DNA of 63,501 nt, filler included, from Pirum gemmata (taxonomy: Eukaryota), in assembly GCA_002812295.1 (NCBI GenBank). It is 14 parts of 14 records of this genome, joined end to end, with 100 filler letters (N's around TTAATTAATTAA, not from the genome) between each part and the next. Parts side by side here need not be neighbours in the genome. Positions count along the whole stretch, not along the records: positions 51,032 to 55,079 come from PDIN01001519.1; positions 55,180 to 59,290 come from PDIN01001521.1; positions 59,391 to 63,501 come from PDIN01001522.1; 11 more parts are not named here. One strand, 5' to 3'. A program made the position numbers and the translations under genes. Shown here piece after piece: positions 54,656 to 63,501 of the stretch. Under the pieces are notes generated by a model. It was not told where the DNA came from. It searched no databases and saw only the letters and a program-made list of their open reading frames with translations. Within the stretch, counting starts at the first letter, position 1. Each line of letters begins with the position of its first letter.

Positions 54656-55046
54656 TTTTGGTGAACAAGATTAGTACACGGTTTTTAAGTAAGATGTTGA
54701 TTATATCTTTGGTAAAAAAATATATTAATATTAATATAAATAGGTAACTACGAGATAATTATTAACTTAGTCTAGAAAAATAAAAGAATTTTGAAAAAAA
54801 CGAAGCTTAATTAAAATGAGATAGTATTAATTATAAAAATGAAACCAAACTTTGAGATAATAGTTAAAGTTGTTTGGGTTAGGGTTAGGGTTATGTTTTT
54901 TACTTATGTTAAAATATACTATATATAGTAAAACATTAACTATAATTGGTTTTATTTATGGGTAGACCAGGCAGCTAGACCAGGCAGATAAAATAAAAAT
55001 TATTGTAAAAATATTTTTAATGCTTTTTACTTTATTGTGCAAACTT

Positions 55047-55079
<33 letters not shown>

Positions 55080-55868
55080 NNNNNNNNNNNNNNNNNNNNN
55101 NNNNNNNNNNNNNNNNNNNNNNNTTAATTAATTAANNNNNNNNNNNNNNNNNNNNNNNNNNNNNNNNNNNNNNNNNNNNTAATAATAATAATAATAATAT
55201 AAAACGAAATGGGCTTTTATTTTTAAGGACACAGAAGATAAGATTTGATAGCAAAATACCTTGAGGTAAAAAAGCGCTCTAATTCAATCCAACAAAGATA
55301 TCGTCCACATACGTCCATAAAGGATATAAATTAAAAAAAGTATTAATGTATATATATATATATATTAAATAAACAAAAGAAACTTTGGAAAGTACTAAGG
55401 AGGTGGCGAAATAACAACATAGTAACAATGGATAAACAAAGATAAATAAATAAATGAAAGTAACTAAAACTAAGTTTACATGAAACAATATTATTAGTTG
55501 AAATTACAATATGCTTTTAGTAAAGTCCCCATTGAAATAACAGTAACTAAATTAAGTTCAAACAAAACAAATATTATAAGATGAAATTATATGCCACATA
55601 CTTTGAGTAAAGTCCTGAATGAATGGTGGGGTTTCGCTACTTTCAAGCTTTCGCTGTGACCCGCATCATAGTAATAATAATCATTTCCATGAGACTCTTT
55701 AAAAATAGCCATTTTTGTTTTTCCTTGCTTTTTCCAAAATCATAACAATGACAAATAAATAACTATGTATTCGTTTATATTTTAATTTTTGGACTGATAG
55801 GTTGCACAGTGGTCGCACGTAGGTGTTATAGTATAATAAAAATAACTGAATTTTCCTTGTAGTAGTTA

Positions 55869-56095
55869 GGGAGCGTTCAATAATTACGTAACGCTGGGGG
55901 GTAGGTAGGGGGGGTCGGATTTTTGTGACATGACATAACGCAAAAAAAAATATATATATGAGGGGTAATTTAGGGTACTATTTTTTCCAAATCGTTACGT
56001 CATAAGGGGTAGGTAGTCCTTCTCAAACGTTACACGGGGGGTAGTAGGGTAGGCTTTTGTCCCAAATCGGCGTTACGTAATTATTGAACGCTCCC
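55869..56095. mobile_element. PIF/Harbinger (Tourist-like) MITE with TTA TSD
   Basis: Perfect 26-bp TIR GGGAGCGTTCAATAATTACGTAACGC. TTA at 55866-55868 and 56096-56098. Confidence 0.92.
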
Positions 56096-59000
56096 TTATC
56101 TGTTTATCTTTTTTTAATAATTATTATGGGTATCAAGAGCCTGTATCAAGATACTGGCAGGTCAAAATACTAGCTAGGGTCAAAATAGATGATGCGGTAA
56201 AGACAACAATAACCCTAGGTCAGTGCTAGCTAGCTAGCTAGCTAGGTCTTTAGGTTGCTTCTAAGGTTTACAAGCAACTGGTTTACAATTTACATCATTA
56301 TTAAAAATCTATGATATCAGATAGACTACCGGTATGATATTTACGATAACTTTATGAAGTCTTTATGAGTACTTGACGATAGTCTTGCTATCTACCACAG
56401 CTGATCTACCATCCATGAGTCCATGACTCATCCATGTAATAATGTTATCATTATAATTTATCATATCATAGTTTGATTATTTCAAGACCATTTGACTACC
56501 ATTTGAATATTTTCTTTTTATCAAGTCAAGACCTCTTATTTTTATCGATTTATGATATCGATAATATTTGTCGATGATAACAGCTACTAGTAGCTAGCAG
56601 CTAGCTAGTAGTAGCCCCGATTACTACTAGACTAGGTCTACCCGGCAATTTGTCTTTAGAGAGAGGTATTTATTTGCTGTTTATTTGATATTTATTTGTC
56701 TATCGACGCTATCGACGCAATATCGACGCCCCCCCGTCCAAAAAACAGGGCGGCCAACAAGACTACCACGGCTATATAAGAAAATTTTATCTATTTATAT
56801 GGTATCAATCATATCATACCAAGGACTTCATAGCATTCATACTACTACTAGACACTACTAGTAGTAGAACTACGAGTAGGGAGTAGGGACTTGAACAGAC
56901 TTCATATCATACTGACTTCATGAAGTTCTTTTTCTTGAAGTCCTTTATGGTATGCATACTTATTTTCGGTTTTCTCAGATTTGTTTTATCTTCGTGGTAT
57001 GATATCTATCTATCTATTTATATGTATTATTATTTATTTATTATATTATTAAATTTATTTATTGATTATTTGATAATTTATTTGAATAATTATTTATATT
57101 TATTAATATATCAATTTGTTTGTGTTAAATTTGTTTGTCTGTTTGTCTTATTTATTTAGTTTATGATTATAATTAACGTTGTTGTTTTGTGATAAGGCAG
57201 CGCACGGAACCGCTGACCTTGATATGAGGCTATGAGATAATGAAATTGTTTGCTTCAATTTTTTATTTATTTATTTAATACTATTAATAATTTTAATCTA
57301 TATGTACCATTTAATTTATTTTATTTTTGGATGGTAACTCATTAGTCCCTATCAGCTGGTCCGGGGCCCCTATCGCGAAAATTTGCATTTCCCTAGCACA
57401 ACCAACTTATCTAATATTGTAAAAACTAGATATCTTCTATTTACACGTATGCATATTATTATTATTAATTTATAAAACAAAATTCAAAATACCAAATTAA
57501 TAATTGTTGTGGCGATTTAAATGCTGTTTTCATGATGAACACGTGCACTGTAGTTTTAATTTGATTCGTGTAGGAACTTGGACGCGAGGGTTATAATCCT
57601 AACCCTCTAGACGTTAATTAAAACCCTAACCCTAACCCTAACCCTAAGGAAAGGTTCATTAATTACGCCAGGTAAATAATTTAATTGCGCTTCAATATCT
57701 AAATTGGTAGGTTTTAATGTATGATAATATAGTATTGTATTTGTTTATTAATTTTAAATGTCTAAAACGTAGCCATTTTTTATTATTTTGGTTGAATAAA
57801 AAATATAATAAAACATAATAAATGAATGATCCCTAACCTTAATTAACTCTAACTTTAGCTCTAGCTCTAGACCTGTCAGGCCTGACTCTATATAGCTAAT
57901 TATAACCCTACCTATTGGCTCTACAGCTACGTTATTATGTTCCTAGCCCTAACCCCACCACTATTCCTATAGCTAACCCTTACCCTAACCCCTATAGCTA
58001 ACCCTTACCCTAATCCTAATTTATAACCCTAACTCTAACCCTAACCCTAACTTTAACAATTCCCTAACCTAACTCTAACCCTAACAGTTCCCTAACCTAA
58101 CCCTAGCATCTCCCTGACCTAATTATAACTCTATAGCCAACCCTAGCTAACAGCTGCCTAATGTTTAATTTGTAACCTAACCCTTGCGCTTGTATGTATA
58201 GCTATAGCTATTGTTGTGTTTGGAGAGAAAGCTAACTTTCGAGCGTACTTAATTAAATTTGGAAAAATGCAAACAAAAACTATTAAATTCAATTAACAAA
58301 ATTTATAATTAATTAATAAAAATAAATATTGGATTACTTTATGGAAGGTGATTTGTATATATATAGACGTTAATTTGCTTTTTTACATTCTTAAATAGTA
58401 TTAATAATGTGATGCTATATCGATACATGACATAGGAATTCTTGAACAAATTGTAATTATAACTAACTCGCAGGTTTTACTTTTCATTATTATTTTAAAA
58501 CTTTAGTACAATATTATATATAATGCTCAATAGGAATAAGGTGAGAATATTATATATATATAAATACAATCCTTTTTGTTCTAATATTAATATTGTTTAC
58601 AAAATGGCGCTTTTCGTTTATTTTGTCGCTTCAATTTTTTGGTAGTTTGAATAACAAGTAATTAATATCGATATATAGGTTTTGAAATCATGAACTTTGA
58701 TAATTTTTTTTAAAATGTTAAACTCTTATTATATCAATAGTTATCATAAGATATATCTATCTGGATATCGGATAAACAATAAATAGACCCCCCTCCAATG
58801 CTAAAATGTATGATATCAATACTATTATAATTATATCAATGGTAATGATATATTACCATAGTCTAAGACATTGACGACACAAGAATGATAAATTTCTGTG
58901 ATAAATATGGTAAAAGTATGATAAATCGGCTAGAATAGAGTTAGTAATAGTCTACTCAGGGTCTCAGACTGTAGTGCCAGTAGGCCAGTATAGCTAGCTA

Positions 59001-60124
59001 CTACTAGCTAGACTATGATACTCGGGACACTCGGGACATGATAGTCTGCCGCTAGCTAGTAGCTAGTAGCACTCTAGCTAGCTTGGAGTAGCTCGACTAC
59101 CTCCTAGCTAGCTAGCTACTACTAGCCCCGTCTACTGCCAGTCGTCTAGCTAGTCTACTCAGCTAGCTACTACTATCATAGACTTATCATAGTCTAGCTA
59201 GCTAGCTAGCTAGGGTAGTTCTAGCTAGGGTAGTTATCATCTATCATAGTCTAGTAGACTAGTCTATCATAGTGACTTGGCCTACGTGCCNNNNNNNNNN
59301 NNNNNNNNNNNNNNNNNNNNNNNNNNNNNNNNNNTTAATTAATTAANNNNNNNNNNNNNNNNNNNNNNNNNNNNNNNNNNNNNNNNNNNNCTGGCAAGGC
59401 CTTTCGTGACTAATCCGCGTGCGTACTTATTTTCTGCCATAGGGTGGTCACCCCCTCTGTACTATCGATAATAACCACAATCGAATAGACTCGGAATAGT
59501 CCAGCTCTAATAATATGAGTCAGTCCAGCTCCAATCTTGCTCCAATAGTCTAATACTCATTTTTTTTTATTTTTATAATATAGATTGGACTAGATCAGTA
59601 TTATGATTTCAATTTTTTATAAAAGCTATTATCTATCATAAACTATATTAAAATTAAGTCTATGTGTTATGATTGATAATATCAAAAGACCAATATTATA
59701 ATTTATAATGATATATATAATAAATATACCTGCAACACGTCTCCTCTTCAGACTATGTTCTCGTTGTTCATGTTCTGGTTCACGTTCTGGTTCACAATAA
59801 TAATAATACACCTTTGCCGTTATTTATTCATGCTGGACTGAATATGGCCCTATCACATATATCCTATTTTTAAATATTGCTCATATCCATTATCCTTCAC
59901 ATATGGGGGGGATATTTTATATAATATTATGCTAGAGATATGTGGAGTAAAATAAAGAGTTTTGAAAACATTTTTTATATTTCGTATAGACTGTATCGTG
60001 TTTTTCAATAGTGTTGTCCAGTACAAAAACTGAAATAAAAATACCAAATTATATTAGTATAATATTACTATGGGTAAACTAACTGTAAACTATCAGACAT
60101 TGGGTTTTTTATTTTATATAATAA

Positions 60125-60250
60125 GGGAGCGTTCAAATACTACGTAACGCCAATTTCCAGTCAAACACAGCTTCAAATACCCCTACCTACCTACCCTTCG
60201 ACTTTAATTTCCAGTCAAATACCACCTACCTACCTACCCCTTGACGTGAC
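60125..60250 (+). mobile_element. Harbinger-type MITE fragment nested in a family B copy
   Basis: TAA + GGGAGCGTTCAAATACTACGTAACGC. The interior matches the reverse complement of about 30499-30585. Confidence 0.75.
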
Positions 60251-60727
60251 ATATTACCTAAATAAATAAGCTCAACTATACACAGTATCAAATTAAAGAT
60301 TGCAAGGACAAGTTGGACAACTGTATTTTTTAAAATGAAATATACTATGAATATATGTTATCATAATATTATTATAATAAATATATATCAGATATTAGTA
60401 GCTAGCTAGCTAGACCAGCTACTACTAGCTAGACAATGAGACTATACACTACTATACTATGACTAGGAGTCTATGAGACTATGATATATTAGACTATAGT
60501 CTACATAGGCCTATGATAGGCTTGATAACTGCCTAGCTAGCTACAGCTCTTTTTAGAAAAAGTTCCAAACTGTGCCGTTCCCCACATGAAGTCTAGCTAG
60601 CTACTAGCTAGCTAGCTAGTAGAACTCTAGACCTAGTAGCGTGACGCATGAGTGACACAAAAAATTGTGTACCATTTAGTGTCACTCGTAGGGACACAAC
60701 GATTCTGAAAGCTATCACAGGAATATA

Positions 60728-60962
60728 AGGAAGGATGAGATGACGTCATCTTACCAATTGGACGCTTGGACCGGCGAACTTCACGAAATTTTCCTAAAGT
60801 TACTATAAATAGTATAATAAACTCTTTTTAAAGTAACTACTTAAATAAGTAGCTACTAAAAAAATAATTACAAATACTAAATATGGTAAGGCGAAACAAG
60901 CGAGCAACATTTACTTTGTGCCTCGGTCAAAAAAGTTCGCCATAAGAGTTCTCACCCCTCCT
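60728..60962 (-). mobile_element. Divergent MITE family C relative (8-bp TSD GGAATATA)
   Basis: AGGAAGGATGAGATGACGTCAT...TCTCACCCCTCCT. GGAATATA at 60720-60727 and 60963-60970. Confidence 0.85.
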
Positions 60963-62004
60963 GGAATATAGTGCTTTTCATTTGTTTTGTCATCTGTTTC
61001 ATACAATAAATAGTACACCAAATTAATACAATATACATCCATTTAATTTAATTTGGTATATTTGATTATCTATATATTGATTTAAAAATGTCAATTTTAA
61101 GTTTATAACCCTCCAAATAAATATTCAGAGTGACAAAATAGATGAAATGCACGATAGCTACTAGTAGTAGCATGTCAGTTACATGACGCATGCATGTGGT
61201 GGTGGGGACACAACGATTTTTGACGTTTTTTCATTATAAATTAATAATAAATATTAATAGTATTTTCTTCATTTATTATCATAACTCAAGAGGTTCAAGA
61301 CTTCAAGTACCTGAAGTAGGATTCTTGCATAATAATTATGAAAATTAATAATATTTTTATAGTTAATTTAAATTTACTAATTTATAAATAAGAATAATAC
61401 AATGAGTATCATAAGCGTACTTATAATAATATTGTATAACTACGCAAGATGGCCGCCATATTATAATTATATCCTCTATATATTATTTATATAATATTAT
61501 TTCGATTAACGAAAACAAAACAACAATTTTTTTTAATTAAACTATAAACAAATATTACATTAATAATGATATATATAGCAATCATTTTTTAATAATAATA
61601 TAGAATAATATGATGATGGTATAATTATATATTAATACGTATACGTATAAGTAGCAACAATAATATAATAACAGTGCAATATTAATATTATTAATAATAT
61701 AATATATTAATTAATTATACTAATACTAATATATATATAATAATATATTAATTATTTTGTTTTGGTTAAAAATTTTTAAAGTAGTCTCAAAGTGGTTTAG
61801 TAGCTGTTTAGTTATAATGAATATAGCAATATTATTGTTAATAATTAGGGTAATATTTTTTAATAGAGATTGATAGTGATAACACAACCAAGTTGACAAT
61901 GAAAATTCTACTTTTTTTAATTTTTAATTTTAAAAAAAAAGGAAAAAAAGTTCTTACGACTGTGCAGCACAATGTCATGACATGTAGGCTAGTCTATATA
62001 ACGT

Positions 62005-62200
62005 TATCGCGTTTTTCAAGAGCCAGTTCAAAAATTGGAATAAACGCACCACCAAATTATTATTATGGTTAAGCCGTCAGACATGTTTTAATTAATTTGG
62101 TATTTTATACTTTTAATTTTGTATTTTATAAACAATTTCAATTATACACTTAAACAGTACCAAATTAAAGATTGAGAGGATAATAATGAAATAGACGATA
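62005..62200 (+). mobile_element. MITE family B (TATCGCGTTTTTCA..TGAAATAGACGATA)
   Basis: Homologs at 50701-50851, about 59994-60348 and 38370-38497(-). The ends resemble those of family A. Confidence 0.8.
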
Positions 62201-63501
62201 ATTACCACTTTTGTAAAAGTTTATATAATTATTGTAATTATATTAATAATTATTGTAATTATATTATAATAATATATAGATATATTATTATAGCGGTTTT
62301 AATTATCATAATTATAAATTAATAAGCTTGGACCGGGGGACAATTATTAATAATACTTTAAATGGAATTTGATTATATCAGAGCAATAACCTAAAAAAAT
62401 AATAATATATTTATATCATACTGGTTTATGGTATGAGTGTAGACTGAGTGTAGTATGTATTTGAACTTTGGAAGTTTTGAAGTCCTCGATTGAATACATA
62501 ATTACACAACAACACAGGAGGGAAAGGAATTTAGGGCAGGTACACTCTGGATTCGGCATTACACAATTTACACAATAGCGAGTGAGCACTGAGCACTGAG
62601 TCTGAGTAGACTATCAGATATTCAGATTCTAGCTAGCTATATTACTCAACAACTGGGGAAGGCACTTAGGGCTTGTACACTCTTTTAAAGGGCTATTTAT
62701 AAATATTTAATCTGACCACTTATATGCTGTATTTGCATTTCTAATATTTTTTGAAAAACAAATCAAATATTGTTTCAATATTTTACCCAAATTAACTCTC
62801 TAGACCCTTAGAGTCTTAGACCCTATCACTCTCTCACTCGATAACTGCGATAGTACTCGATAGCTATTAGCTACTACTAGCTACAAAGTGTCTAGCTAGA
62901 GTCTAGCTAGAGAGGTTTGCTGGGTGGTTGGGATATTTATAAAAACTCCTTTCTAGAGAATAGACTTCTCCGAATTCTGCCCCTGAAACTCGACTTTCTG
63001 CTTCTGCCTTCTGCCCCGAAAAGTTCGATTTCTGCCTGTTTGGTCTGTTCGAAATTATTTTTCAAGTTTATTAATAAATACATAGGTTTGAAAATTTCGA
63101 GCTTATATTATATTGGTAGAATCAATCTCCTTTTTTTTTTTATGATAAAAAAAAAAAAAAATTTTTTGATCGAGTTAGAGAGGAAAAACACCATTCTACC
63201 ATTTCTCGAAAAAGGCCAAATTCTACCAGAGAATGTGACCTAAATAAAAAATAAAATCAGTGTAAAATCCTACTTAAATCCTATAAAATCAGTGTATAAA
63301 AAAGGTAATTTTTCGGTTTGAGTCAGGTAGATGTGACCAAGGATGTCACAGCGCCACTTTGTCAAACTGCCGCCAGGATATATATTGATTTCATTCGCTA
63401 TTCCAAAAATATATCTTTTTCTCAGCTTCGTTAATTAGTTTTTAAAGGTCGGGCCAAAATTTGGTGTGGAATTTATAAAGTAGTAGTTCGAAAATTTTAT
63501 T

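Noticed and set aside
55200..55745. Multi-exon gene on the minus strand
   Set aside because: Exon-like pieces exist, but I could not splice them into one consistent frame.

Overview
Very AT-rich, intron-containing microbial-eukaryote DNA. It is not one locus. It is 14 short scaffolds (mostly about 4.1 kb) joined by 13 artificial 100-bp linkers (N44-TTAATTAATTAA-N44), so adjacency across linkers means nothing. Supported genes: a spliced RasGEF (CDC25 domain), a spliced GPI-type surface protein, an XPG/EXO1-like nuclease N-terminus, an intronless secreted S1 protease, two PAN/apple type-I membrane proteins that share Tyr-based tail motifs, an LRR-like gene, a frameshifted ankyrin gene, and the last exon of an LCM-type methyltransferase that has been amplified into a satellite. 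Mobile DNA is dense: a Sola3-like transposase, piggyBac and Ty1/copia fragments, and at least five MITE families, one with AG..CT ends and three perfect 8-bp TSDs. The rest is satellites, microsatellites, interstitial TTAGGG tracts and CTAG-type palindromic runs. No rRNA, tRNA or CRISPR array was recognised. All family assignments are by-eye motif recognition; no searches were run.
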